Shown here: in pieces, positions 47,671-56,596 of the stretch | Position numbering within the stretch: position 1 is the stretch's first letter | How the letters are laid out: each line of letters opens with the position of its first letter | Source of the DNA: a virus | Reading direction: 5' to 3' (one strand) | DNA: 64,000 nucleotides | Virus record (IMG/VR): IMGVR_UViG_3300035670_000150 | Location: 8,588-72,587 of that record | Made by a program: the position numbers and the translations under genes | Notes under the pieces: model-generated | The model's database searches: none | Told to the model about the DNA's origin: nothing | The model's input: only the letters and a program-made list of their open reading frames with translations

Positions 47671-48962
47671 TAGGTTATATCCTTATTAATGGTCTGAAAC
47701 CCTTCTCCTTGAGAATCTTTCCCAATTGCTATAGCGGTAGAAATATATGGGGATGAAGGGGTAGGGTTATACATATCCCATTGAGGTTTTTTGGCTTCTT
47801 GTTTTGTATTAGGTATAAATTCGAACCAGTAACGGGTATAAATCTCTTCCCAATCTAACTGGTCTTTTGGAATAAAGGCCAAGCTAGGCAATACTTCAGT
47901 TACTAACTTTTCATCTTTGAGTTCCAGTGTTGTCCATTCTTCAGTAGGGTTATTTTCTAATGCAAAATGGAGTGCCATTTTAACTCGTTTAGTGACAAAC
48001 ATGCAGTTATCCATATCTTTATCGTAATTAAATAGATAGGATTTAAGGCCATATGTTTGTTGGTTATTTATGCATAGTGGGTGAAAGGGAGCATCCTGTT
48101 CTTTGATAGCAGAGATAGCTGTTCTTTCTGGGGCAGTAATTTTAATAGATTCACTATCCACATTTCTGCCTGTGAGTGCTAAGGTGTAGACACCATTCCA
48201 GTAATCGTAACCTTGTGGGCTTTTAGACCAAGGGAAAGCATCCCTTAATGGTTTGTCTGCACAAAGAGTTAACCCACTGCCTACACTACACGAAGCTAGT
48301 AAAATATAAAATAATTGTAGCTCTGCTCTGTTCACACCTAGCACAGGGATTATTTCCTGTAGCATGGGCATATTTTCAATACACTCATAAATCGTGTTTC
48401 CATTTAGGTTATGGATAAACTGATGAAACTCTTGGGGTGCAGGTGATTTCATTTTTGTGAATTCCTTACTTTGTAGGAATGATACTAATTCATTTGCTGC
48501 TTTATCAATGAAAGCCATCCATTGGTCGTATGTTTTGGGTTGTGTATTAAATGTGAATTGGGCTACTGCTGAACGGGCGTAGTTACAGGCCAATGATTCA
48601 TTAGCTTTTATTAATTGATTATACCCTTGCTCACGGGCTTTACGGATTATGTAAGCTTCTTCTCTGCTTAGTTGATGATATTGCAGCGGTGCTCTTACGG
48701 TAGGCAAAGAAGACACTAATGGATTAGTATCAAAATTTCCCAAAAGTCTACGTTCTAAAGCAGCATAATCTTCTCCTATCTGCTCTTGTAGATGTTTCAA
48801 TATAGAGTCACTAAAAAGGGTTTTATTAGGTGCCGCCCAGTCAGGGAGTATCCCTAGTTCCCTATCCTCCTTTATGCGTTGTGTAGCTGTTTTTGCATAT
48901 TCTTGCTTAGAGGGTATTTTATCTGAATCGAAATTAGCCATTTTAGCAGCCTCCTTTATCAC
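47670..48962 (-). CDS. Hypothetical multi-domain protein
   Basis: 430-aa ORF coupled to neighbours; FPWSKSPQGYDYW motif. Confidence 0.7.
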   Translation of the reverse strand: MIKEAAKMANFDSDKIPSKQEYAKTATQRIKEDRELGILPDWAAPNKTLFSDSILKHLQEQIGEDYAALERRLLGNFDTNPLVSSLPTVRAPLQYHQLSREEAYIIRKAREQGYNQLIKANESLACNYARSAVAQFTFNTQPKTYDQWMAFIDKAANELVSFLQSKEFTKMKSPAPQEFHQFIHNLNGNTIYECIENMPMLQEIIPVLGVNRAELQLFYILLASCSVGSGLTLCADKPLRDAFPWSKSPQGYDYWNGVYTLALTGRNVDSESIKITAPERTAISAIKEQDAPFHPLCINNQQTYGLKSYLFNYDKDMDNCMFVTKRVKMALHFALENNPTEEWTTLELKDEKLVTEVLPSLAFIPKDQLDWEEIYTRYWFEFIPNTKQEAKKPQWDMYNPTPSSPYISTAIAIGKDSQGEGFQTINKDIT

Positions 48963-49167
48963 TTGGTTTGCCTATCTGCCTCCTTGCACGTTCAGCAGTT
49001 TTGGTGCCTTTAATCACTCGTAGAGTGTGGTTACCTCTATCCCACTCGCAGTAGACAATATCCCCTTTGAGGTCATCGACTTTTTCGTTGAGGGAATAGA
49101 GGTCATGCTTGATATTGATGCACATCAGGAGCACTATCAGGATGCATCCTAAGAAGAGTTCTTTCAT
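48943..49167 (-). CDS. Small protein with N-terminal TM/signal helix
   Basis: MKELFLGCILIVLLMCI; RBS present. Confidence 0.6.
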   Translation of the reverse strand: MKELFLGCILIVLLMCINIKHDLYSLNEKVDDLKGDIVYCEWDRGNHTLRVIKGTKTAERARRQIGKPSDKGGC

Positions 49168-49187
49168 GATTCACCCCTTGGCTTAGG

Positions 49188-49739
49188 CTAAAGCATAACA
49201 GTCATGTAAGGCTTATTGGCTAGCAGCAGTACACGATTGTTTTCATATTGCCAGACTGATAGATTACCAATTTTGAAGTGAGCCAAAGGGGATTGGTTGA
49301 GTACTTCATATAATGGTTTTCTTTCTAATGGGGCACCGTAAATGCTCTCTATGGCCTTCACAATTTCGAGTACTGAGTACTCAATACCATTGGCAGGCTT
49401 AGCGGTTTTTAACGCATTGTAAGCACGCTCAATGATTTCAGGGATACAGCCTATAGCTTCTTTGGTAGCCTTGGTAACATAGGCTGGATGGTTATGGGGA
49501 TTGAGGACAATTTCCATAGTGAGTTTCTCTTCATCAAGAATTTGAATAGTGTTATTGGTGAATACCCAATAGTGCCCTCTTTCATCTTGGCAAATTGTAG
49601 TGTTATTGGGTAATGGGGCTGCTGTTAGAAAGGAGTAAGTAACCCCTTTCGTAAAGGTAACGTTTTCTGCGTCTCTTTTATTAGCAAACCCATGAAAAGG
49701 TTTAAATACAACGTCTTCTAGTGGAGTGAGTTTAATCAT
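49188..49739 (-). CDS. Hypothetical protein
   Basis: 183-aa ORF in the operon. Confidence 0.65.
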   Translation of the reverse strand: MIKLTPLEDVVFKPFHGFANKRDAENVTFTKGVTYSFLTAAPLPNNTTICQDERGHYWVFTNNTIQILDEEKLTMEIVLNPHNHPAYVTKATKEAIGCIPEIIERAYNALKTAKPANGIEYSVLEIVKAIESIYGAPLERKPLYEVLNQSPLAHFKIGNLSVWQYENNRVLLLANKPYMTVML

Positions 49740-49837
49740 TTAATTTCTGCCCATTTAATGGTGAATTCTTTTCCATACTCGTTTATTTCTTTACGAGTAA
49801 TGGTGAAGATGCTGGCATCTGACAAGGTATAACGAAT

Positions 49838-50077
49838 TCATTCGGTGTTCCTCTGCTTAGGCATTTTGATAAACCGATAACCAATGTAAGCATAGAGTAG
49901 TCGGGATTTTCCCTTATCATCTATGATATTTATCATTGGTTCCATTGATGCAATAAGACCTAATTGTACTTCGAGTACGGTATAGACCTTATTAGGTGTA
50001 AGGTCATTTATTGCAGGGTTGGAGGATGCATATAAAAGTTCATCCCCCACTTCTACGTAAGCTTGGCTATTACTCAT
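49838..50077 (-). CDS. Small SH3-like beta hypothetical protein
   Basis: VGDEL...LTPNKVYTVLEV...IIDDKG pattern; AAGGA RBS. Confidence 0.6.
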   Translation of the reverse strand: MSNSQAYVEVGDELLYASSNPAINDLTPNKVYTVLEVQLGLIASMEPMINIIDDKGKSRLLYAYIGYRFIKMPKQRNTE

Positions 50078-50089
50078 GATAGTTCCTTA

Positions 50090-50539
50090 TTAGAGCCAGT
50101 AGTCTTTAGTAACTATTTTGGCTTTTTTGCAGGCAATGGCATCTTCTACGAATAGGTTCATGCCGTAGTCATGGAAGACTATACGACCGTCAAGCCAGCC
50201 AATGTTTTCTAGCTTGAGGTCAGTGACAAAACTAGGAACCACTGTAGGCGCTTCAGAGGGTCTTACAGGGCTTGTTTTAGCCATGATAAGGTATCTACCA
50301 CAGCCACTGATTTCTATGCATGGAGCGAACCATTGCTTAGCTATACGGGCGAATTCAGAATTGATTTCTAATCTCTCCCACGTTGAGAATTCAATGATGT
50401 TAGCTTCGATGCCTCGAAAGCTTTTAGCTACCTTGAGCACATGATTAGAGTTGGGTGCCCAATGATATACATCACGGGAAAACCCGCTTCCTATCTTGGC
50501 ACCTACTACCATATCGGCAATACCTTCGAATTGACTCAT
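50090..50539 (-). CDS. Compact protein-kinase-like protein
   Basis: G-loop IGSGFSRDVY, VLK lysine, helix-C Glu (NIIE), catalytic loop DLKLEN, DFG-like DYG. Confidence 0.78.
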   Translation of the reverse strand: MSQFEGIADMVVGAKIGSGFSRDVYHWAPNSNHVLKVAKSFRGIEANIIEFSTWERLEINSEFARIAKQWFAPCIEISGCGRYLIMAKTSPVRPSEAPTVVPSFVTDLKLENIGWLDGRIVFHDYGMNLFVEDAIACKKAKIVTKDYWL

Positions 50540-51036
50540 TTTACTTTACCGAATTTAGGGTAAGAGAGCAGTGTCATGCGGATGAATGGAGTACCGTCCC
50601 TGCTGAGCATAATTACTGAGTTGGTGCTATCAAATACCCAATGCTTGCTTGTACAGAACTGCATGAAGGATTGTTTGCCTTGGGGCAAGCTCATCCATAC
50701 CCCATTGGTTTGGACGCTAATGACTTTACGTTCAATGGACTGGCTATCACTAAATGCCCATGGCATATCTTCAACGAGGATTTCACATAACCAAACAGAC
50801 TCAAGCATTAGAGCACGTTTGAGTTCAAGCATGTTGGATATAGGGTAATCTGCTTCTTCATCTAGGGAGATAGATTGGATGAAAGTATTCAATGCTTCAG
50901 AGGTAGTCTTAGCATGTTCCATAATCTTCTCTGCTTCCGTTGGTTGGTAAAATCCAGCAGAAGCTTCATCAATTTTTGCAGCCACATGGGCATTGATTAA
51001 AGCACGTAATTCGTTCACTTTGCGTTTGTTTAGCAT
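50536..51036 (-). CDS. Hypothetical protein
   Basis: First ORF after the RNAP2 terminator; overlaps the kinase start (ATGA). Confidence 0.65.
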   Translation of the reverse strand: MLNKRKVNELRALINAHVAAKIDEASAGFYQPTEAEKIMEHAKTTSEALNTFIQSISLDEEADYPISNMLELKRALMLESVWLCEILVEDMPWAFSDSQSIERKVISVQTNGVWMSLPQGKQSFMQFCTSKHWVFDSTNSVIMLSRDGTPFIRMTLLSYPKFGKVK

Positions 51037-51207
51037 GGTAATACTCTCTATATGGTAGGTGGCGAAAAACCACGAAAAAAGGGACGATAACCTATAGACG
51101 AACTATCGTACACTTTTTGTTAATTTGGAATTTCAGTATATGGTAAGATTCCTCAAAGTAATCTCGAAAAATACTTCAAAAACACCAAAAGAAAAGCGTT
51201 ATAAAGT

Positions 51208-51239
51208 AAAAAATCCTCCCTCATTTAGAGGGAGGATTT
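51208..51239 (-). terminator. Rho-independent terminator after RNAP2
   Basis: AAATCCTCCCTC-ATTTA-GAGGGAGGATTT with a left A-tract. Confidence 0.88.
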
Positions 51240-51273
51240 CTATTCTAGTGTAAAACTGAGTTTTTACTAAGTA

Positions 51274-52533
51274 TTAGTTGATAGCATACTTGTTGTTAAT
51301 GATTTGTGAATATATTTTAGGGTCAACAGGGTCTAACTGGCTGGTGTAATCTATACCTGTTAAGGATTCGATTATTTTGAACAGCCATACGCCTTTGTAG
51401 ATACTGCCGAGCACATTGTTGTAATGAGTCTTCAAGGTATTTACGTGGTTTGCCTTGGCACCGAAGCCATCATGGATAAGCTTCAGTTGGCATGGAGCAC
51501 GCTTAAGGGATTGCTTGATAATCAAGGCCAAGGATATTAGATAGTCCTTGTCAATCCCATGCATACCACCACGGGTAACACATTCAGCACCCTTAATTGA
51601 TACCATGCCAAACTTTTCAGAGAGTTCAGCAAGGTGTCGTAGTTCCAAGTTAGTGCTGGTTTGGGACTCACCTTTGAGATAGGCATTGATACTGTCCAAA
51701 GCGTTCTGTAACGCTTCAGGATTGTAGTCACAACGCGCATTAGTCTCACGTAGTACATAGGCATCCAATGAATGTGTTACCCTTGCAGCTAAGCATTTAG
51801 TGCCGTGTTCCCCTACTTCTTTGGTTCCGATTTCCTTGTACTGGTAGGTGAATCGTTGACCATTGAAGTAGAAGGTTTCTGCACGACTGCAAATCACTCT
51901 AATCAGCACGTTATGCCCATCAGGCATCACATAATGGTATTCTGTGGCTGCTGGGTTCCACGCACCAATTAGGATGTTTTTGATGATTTCAGCACGCTTA
52001 ACGGTGTTGTAATACGCTTCAGTGAATGCCTTCATATCATCCCCGAATACCATTGCAGGGACTTTAGCTGAGCCATAGATATAAGGCACTGTAGCTTTCT
52101 TGACTTGGGTTCGGGATAAGGCGGATTGGATTGCAGGATTTTGTTTCATCCAATCGTAGATACGCTTATACAGGTCAGGTACTTTGTCACCTATAGCCCC
52201 TGTATTTGTCATACCTATGATACAACGAGTAGCCACTGAGAGTAGCTGACAGCCTGAGCTAGCTGTATCCAGTTCGATGTAATGGCCTGTTGGATTACCA
52301 TTGCAAATATCCCATACGTTAAGTAAGGATGCAGTGAATAATTCAGGCTCATCGGCATTCTTAATGAGGGCATTAAACTTAGCTGATAAGTCCATAAGTC
52401 CTTTACAGGATTTAATGTCAGCAAGTAAACTTCTGCCCCAATCTAAACGTTCATCAAATTCCTTTTTATCTAGTCCATAGTTGTTAGCTAAGTCAATGAG
52501 TGACCATTGAGCAGGAGTATATAAATCTTTCAT
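51274..52533 (-). CDS. RNA polymerase II subunit 2 (N4 gp16-like)
   Basis: LIDLANNYGLDK..F.ERL.W; motif A LDTASSGCQ; motif B RTQVKKATVPYIYGS; motif C IHDGF. Confidence 0.93.
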   Translation of the reverse strand: MKDLYTPAQWSLIDLANNYGLDKKEFDERLDWGRSLLADIKSCKGLMDLSAKFNALIKNADEPELFTASLLNVWDICNGNPTGHYIELDTASSGCQLLSVATRCIIGMTNTGAIGDKVPDLYKRIYDWMKQNPAIQSALSRTQVKKATVPYIYGSAKVPAMVFGDDMKAFTEAYYNTVKRAEIIKNILIGAWNPAATEYHYVMPDGHNVLIRVICSRAETFYFNGQRFTYQYKEIGTKEVGEHGTKCLAARVTHSLDAYVLRETNARCDYNPEALQNALDSINAYLKGESQTSTNLELRHLAELSEKFGMVSIKGAECVTRGGMHGIDKDYLISLALIIKQSLKRAPCQLKLIHDGFGAKANHVNTLKTHYNNVLGSIYKGVWLFKIIESLTGIDYTSQLDPVDPKIYSQIINNKYAIN

Positions 52534-52575
52534 ACGGATACCTTCATTCTTTAAGTTGGGAAGACTTAATATTGA

Positions 52576-53460
52576 TTAGAAATCTGGTGCTACTAATTCT
52601 TTATTAGCTGATTGCACCATAGCTTTAAGGTAGCTAATACCTTGGTAATTAAAATGGAATGCTTTTGTATAGGTTCTTCCACCATTGTCATATTTATGGT
52701 GGATATAGAATCTATTACCTTGAAGGGCAATAGTATTCACTTTACTTGGCAATTCATTGATTAATCGACTCCAAGATTCATAGCGTTTACTAATATCTTT
52801 TTCGTCTTCATAGTTACCATCATCTTTGACCTTTGGTGTAGGGTCAAATTTAGGCTGTACTAGGAATTGAATACGAGTTTCTACTCGGTAAGGGTTACGA
52901 TTGAGTTTATTGATATGGGATAAGTTAAGGGGTAAATCATAATGCTTTAATTCACCCCCACAAATAATGCTTTCATTAATTGTTCTATATCCTATATGCC
53001 TATTGTCTTTTACCAATAAAGGTAATTCGACTGATGGCAATACATAGCTCAATTCTTTTTGCTTATCGAGTATTTCTTGGCTGAGTTTATTGGTTGAATA
53101 GAAATGTAAATACATCCCTATTCTTTTTACTTTGATAAACGTATTTTTGCATAAAGCATTTAACATTAAGTCAATGATAATGCCTTTGATAGAATTGTTT
53201 CTGACTTTATTAAACATCATACCTGTTAATGCTTGGGCAGTTACTGAAGTATTCAATATTACCCTAGCGGTCATCTTGTATATTAATTCGCTATGGTCTT
53301 CATTTAACCATTTATCGAGTAATATTTTAGTGATGTCATCAACTGGTAGTTTTTCAACATCAATGGTTTCAAGGAATTTCATTGGTTGTTCGATTAGGGA
53401 ACCATAAGCACTTCTGAGTAAGTTGAGTTCATGGTCTTTGGCTAATAGTTCTAAGCTCAT
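52576..53460 (-). CDS. RNA polymerase II subunit 1 (N4 gp15-like)
   Basis: FYIHHKYDNGGRTY (DxxGR motif), NYQG..YLKA; adjacent to RNAP2. Confidence 0.88.
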   Translation of the reverse strand: MSLELLAKDHELNLLRSAYGSLIEQPMKFLETIDVEKLPVDDITKILLDKWLNEDHSELIYKMTARVILNTSVTAQALTGMMFNKVRNNSIKGIIIDLMLNALCKNTFIKVKRIGMYLHFYSTNKLSQEILDKQKELSYVLPSVELPLLVKDNRHIGYRTINESIICGGELKHYDLPLNLSHINKLNRNPYRVETRIQFLVQPKFDPTPKVKDDGNYEDEKDISKRYESWSRLINELPSKVNTIALQGNRFYIHHKYDNGGRTYTKAFHFNYQGISYLKAMVQSANKELVAPDF

Positions 53461-53846
53461 TTCTTTTTACTCCACATTGCCCCTTGAGGATAATCTTTAG
53501 CTGTATATCCTAGGGATGTTAATAGGTTTGCCACTTCTCTTTCTCCCACATTGAAATTACTTGTGCGGTGATGAGTATTATCAGTGATGAATCTTACGTT
53601 AGCATTGGCAGCTAAGGTAATCTCATTTACATCAATGAGTTGGCGATTAGGACGATTACCTTCAGCACTGATAAATACAATGTCTGAAGCTTCGTAATGG
53701 CCGCAGTTAACTATTTCTTTTGGTAAGTGAGTAGCATACCAATTAGTAGAACTGGTTAATGTTCCACGGCCTATGAATTTATTAGCGGGTTTAGCTTTTA
53801 CTCTATCTTTTTCATAGTAGTAATGTTCACGCATCGGTAAGTCCAT
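53457..53846 (-). CDS. Hypothetical alpha/beta protein
   Basis: ANKFIGRG...SST..Y, VFISAEGNR, FNVGE; AAGGAG RBS; coupled to RNAP1. Confidence 0.7.
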   Translation of the reverse strand: MDLPMREHYYYEKDRVKAKPANKFIGRGTLTSSTNWYATHLPKEIVNCGHYEASDIVFISAEGNRPNRQLIDVNEITLAANANVRFITDNTHHRTSNFNVGEREVANLLTSLGYTAKDYPQGAMWSKKK

Positions 53847-53849
53847 TGT

Positions 53850-54047
53850 TTACTCCTTTTTTCTTTCAAATATAAAGTTAACTATAACGGTGAGAATAGT
53901 TATAGCTAACCATCCACCTAGTAATATACCGCAAGTAATTGCACCTGCAATAAAGATGAAACCGAATATAGGTAGCATAATGTAGACAGCACCAAATATG
54001 ATGCCTAGGCTAATTACATAGCCTATAAAATTAGCTATTAGATTCAT
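53850..54047 (-). CDS. Small membrane protein
   Basis: Almost entirely hydrophobic with a basic tail; ATG at 54047 with AAGGA RBS. Confidence 0.65.
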   Translation of the reverse strand: MNLIANFIGYVISLGIIFGAVYIMLPIFGFIFIAGAITCGILLGGWLAITILTVIVNFIFERKKE

Positions 54048-54246
54048 GATTAGTTTCCTTTTCTGTTTGTACCATCCTTTCAATGGTTCCTTCCAATACG
54101 ATGATATGGAATGTTTGACTTGCTATATAACGGTCTGCTAGCACTAATTTATTTTGAAGTTGTTTTGTACGATTCTTTAATACACGAATGTAATTAAGTA
54201 ATACAATGAATGTAGTAATAATTAGGACAGGGTAAGCGGATTCCAT
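54031..54246 (-). CDS. Small protein with N-terminal TM helix and coiled coil
   Basis: VLIITTFIVLLNYI; AAGGA RBS. Confidence 0.6.
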   Translation of the reverse strand: MESAYPVLIITTFIVLLNYIRVLKNRTKQLQNKLVLADRYIASQTFHIIVLEGTIERMVQTEKETNHESNS

Positions 54247-54497
54247 GGTAATTCCTTAGCTTTCTTAGCAGGTTTTTTAGGGGTAGATGCCACTATTTCT
54301 CTATCGAGTTGTAGTGAGTAGTTAGCTATTTTACGTTCTTTCCATGGTTCTTGTGAGTAGATAAAGTCATAGGCTTTTTTGCCATATACTCTAACGGCTG
54401 CATAAGAACCAAAATTACATTTAGGGCATTTAGGATTTTTAGACTTAAATACCCATTCGCATGAAGCGCACACTCTTACATGACTATATTTAAGCAT
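54222..54497 (-). CDS. Zinc-ribbon protein
   Basis: CASC...CPKC; AAGGA RBS. Confidence 0.7.
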   Translation of the reverse strand: MLKYSHVRVCASCEWVFKSKNPKCPKCNFGSYAAVRVYGKKAYDFIYSQEPWKERKIANYSLQLDREIVASTPKKPAKKAKELPWNPLTLS

Positions 54498-54564
54498 GAT
54501 TAGATTCCTTTATTGTGCTGAGCATCATTAACGTTGCGTAATTCTGCAATAATACTTAACTGAA

Positions 54565-54798
54565 CTACTGCTTCAGGTAACAAGTACCTTCTTTGACGAT
54601 AATGTTTTCTCTTGGGATGCCTAAGCTAATGAACTTAGCAATGCATTCCCCTTCTTTGGCTTGCACTGCCATAGCGTCTTTGACTGCATCATGCAATACC
54701 GTTAGGGATAGGATAGCTGTGAGCACTAGGAGTATTTGCATAGCTCCAATTGCCCACAGTTTTAATTGATTCTTTAAACGGTCTGTTTTATAGCTCAT
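54565..54798 (-). CDS. Small single-TM protein
   Basis: Hydrophobic helix followed by a small Cys-pair domain; AAGGA RBS. Confidence 0.65.
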   Translation of the reverse strand: MSYKTDRLKNQLKLWAIGAMQILLVLTAILSLTVLHDAVKDAMAVQAKEGECIAKFISLGIPRENIIVKEGTCYLKQ

Positions 54799-54811
54799 AG
54801 CTAAGTCCTTA

Positions 54812-54925
54812 TTATTTACAATAGATAACGATTGTTACACCGATAGTACCTAGCAATGCTGCCAGTACGAATAGTGAATTGATACCTTGGTTAAACCATT
54901 CCAATACACTGATAAATAGTTCCAT
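54812..54925 (-). CDS. 37-aa membrane peptide (absent from the ORF track)
   Basis: AAGGAG RBS then MELFISVLEWFNQGINSLFVLAALLGTIGVTIVIYCK*; first ORF after the third vRNAP promoter motif. Confidence 0.65.
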   Translation of the reverse strand: MELFISVLEWFNQGINSLFVLAALLGTIGVTIVIYCK

Positions 54926-54965
54926 ATATGCTCCTTGAGTTGATAGCTGATAGGCATAGACAAAC

Positions 54966-54984
54966 ACCAAAAAGAAGCGAAGCG
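54966..54984 (-). promoter_or_regulatory. Candidate vRNAP early promoter 3
   Basis: Template (+) strand ACC-AAAAAGA-AGCGAAGCG, resembling N4 hairpin promoters. Confidence 0.75.
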
Positions 54985-55102
54985 CGAGGTATACATATAC
55001 TCGCTAAGCTGTTGCTATCTATTCGGTGATTGTTAGATGTGTTGCTATCTGATAGCTATTTTTCTTTGGCTCAGCAGCTCTTAAAAGAGAGCAGGAGACA
55101 CG

Positions 55103-55142
55103 AAAAAAGAATTCCTCACCACCCACAAGGGATGATGAGGAA
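55103..55142 (-). terminator. Terminator after the gp2-like gene
   Basis: TTCCTCA...TGAGGAA stem with a left A-tract. Confidence 0.7.
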
Positions 55143-55156
55143 CACTCGCTAAATGG

Positions 55157-55525
55157 TTAGATAGACCAACCAGTTGCATCAGGTTCATTGGAACCTTTGA
55201 CGAACAGGGTTAAGCGGACAGGACATTTGATTACCAAATCATCCTCAGTTACCGCAGCTTCTGCCTTATCCAGCAGAATTTCCATCAGCTTACGCTGATT
55301 TGCACCCATACCACGAATGTCCTCAGATACAGGACAATTCAATGGCATACGCACGAAGACATTAGGAGCAACCTCAAGCTCAACGTTCAGGTACACCTGA
55401 GTTTGAGATTGAGCACTTGCACCACCACCAGCAGCGTGCTGCTCCCAAATGTTAGCTCCTGCTACAGGAGTAGCAGAAGCAGCAGGAGCAGCAGCTTTTG
55501 AAGCACGCAGAATTTTTGTAGCCAT
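55157..55525 (-). CDS. N4 gp2-like ssDNA-binding middle-transcription activator
   Basis: QVYLNV..FVRMPLNCP..RGMGANQRKLMEILL resembles N4 gp2 as recalled (QFWLNI..FISLPTGIP..RAMRCAQNDLLEQLI); second early gene; GAGG RBS. Confidence 0.7.
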   Translation of the reverse strand: MATKILRASKAAAPAASATPVAGANIWEQHAAGGGASAQSQTQVYLNVELEVAPNVFVRMPLNCPVSEDIRGMGANQRKLMEILLDKAEAAVTEDDLVIKCPVRLTLFVKGSNEPDATGWSI

Positions 55526-55574
55526 GGTATACACCTCACTTGAATAGTTACGAGGTAATGACACCATTGTCATT

Positions 55575-55593
55575 ACCAATAATGAGCGAAGCG
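55575..55593 (-). promoter_or_regulatory. Candidate vRNAP early promoter 2
   Basis: ACC-AATAATG-AGCGAAGCG upstream of the gp2-like gene. Confidence 0.75.
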
Positions 55594-56147
55594 ATAGCTT
55601 TTAATTAGTGTCATAAAGACACTAAAGAAGAAGAGTATTGAGGAGTATCAGAGGATTGAGAGACATGCTTTTTACAATGCTCTTATTCATGCTCTTTACA
55701 TTAAGATTATATAAAGAGTACTGTAAGGATATACAGTATGTATATAAACAGTAGTAATTAAAGGAATTTTACTTAGGATTAGGGGAATTAAATACAGTGT
55801 TTTTAATATGTTTTATATGTATAGATTGTCAGTAATGTATAGGTGAACAGTATTGACAAAGAGGAATAGAGGAGTAAAGATAATAGAGATAATGATATTA
55901 GATAGATATGATAAATACAGTAAATATACACTTACTTCAATTACTTACTCTATATATACAGTGAGTAGAATATACATTAGTAATAAGCAATATATAAATA
56001 TATATCTAATACCTATTGACATAGATATGTATACTTATAAAGATAATAGATAGACTATACAAGATATATCTTATATAACTAAATAGTCTTAAGAGTATAT
56101 CAGACTATCATAATGTGTTATGTGTTTGTGTTTGTGTTAAGAGTTAA

Positions 56148-56171
56148 TAACCCTACCATTAGGTAGGGTTA
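56148..56171 (-). terminator. Terminator after the first early gene
   Basis: TAACCCTACC-ATTA-GGTAGGGTTA. Confidence 0.75.
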
Positions 56172-56178
56172 GAGTTAC

Positions 56179-56406
56179 TTAGATATTCCAAGTAGACTTC
56201 TCTTGTTCATACTTCTTATCGACCTTTTTATTGAGGTCTTCAAGACGTTTCTTAATCAGAAGGTCTTGTTCATCTACCATACCTTTAGTGAATTTCTCAC
56301 CAATGGTAGCTACGTTTTCTACTGATGCTAATGTTTTATCAATAGTACTGAATACACGTACTATTGAATTACATGCTGCATTCCATACACGAGAGATAGA
56401 AGACAT
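56179..56406 (-). CDS. First early gene, N4 gp1-like position (amphipathic helical protein)
   Basis: AAGGAG RBS; own promoter motif and terminator. Confidence 0.65.
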   Translation of the reverse strand: MSSISRVWNAACNSIVRVFSTIDKTLASVENVATIGEKFTKGMVDEQDLLIKKRLEDLNKKVDKKYEQEKSTWNI

Positions 56407-56454
56407 ATTGATTACTCCTTACTTAAAGTTAATGAATGATATACATAGGGGTAT

Positions 56455-56473
56455 ACCTAGAATAAGCGAAGCG
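56455..56473 (-). promoter_or_regulatory. Candidate vRNAP early promoter 1
   Basis: ACC-TAGAATA-AGCGAAGCG. Confidence 0.75.
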
Positions 56474-56596
56474 CATTAAGATAGGGGGGGAGTACTTAGT
56501 TAATTAGATACACTAAGGTAGGAGTACTACATTCATACTCCTAGACCATAATTTTGAAAACCCCGAATAAAAAAAAATATTAAATATTTCCATACT

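Noticed and set aside
51274-53460. Split RNA polymerase as a pseudogene or frameshift
   Set aside because: A two-subunit RNAPII is the normal N4 arrangement
55853-56053. 66-aa + strand ORF in the AT-rich tract
   Set aside because: TTG start, low-complexity I/Y/K composition, antisense to the early region; likely spurious
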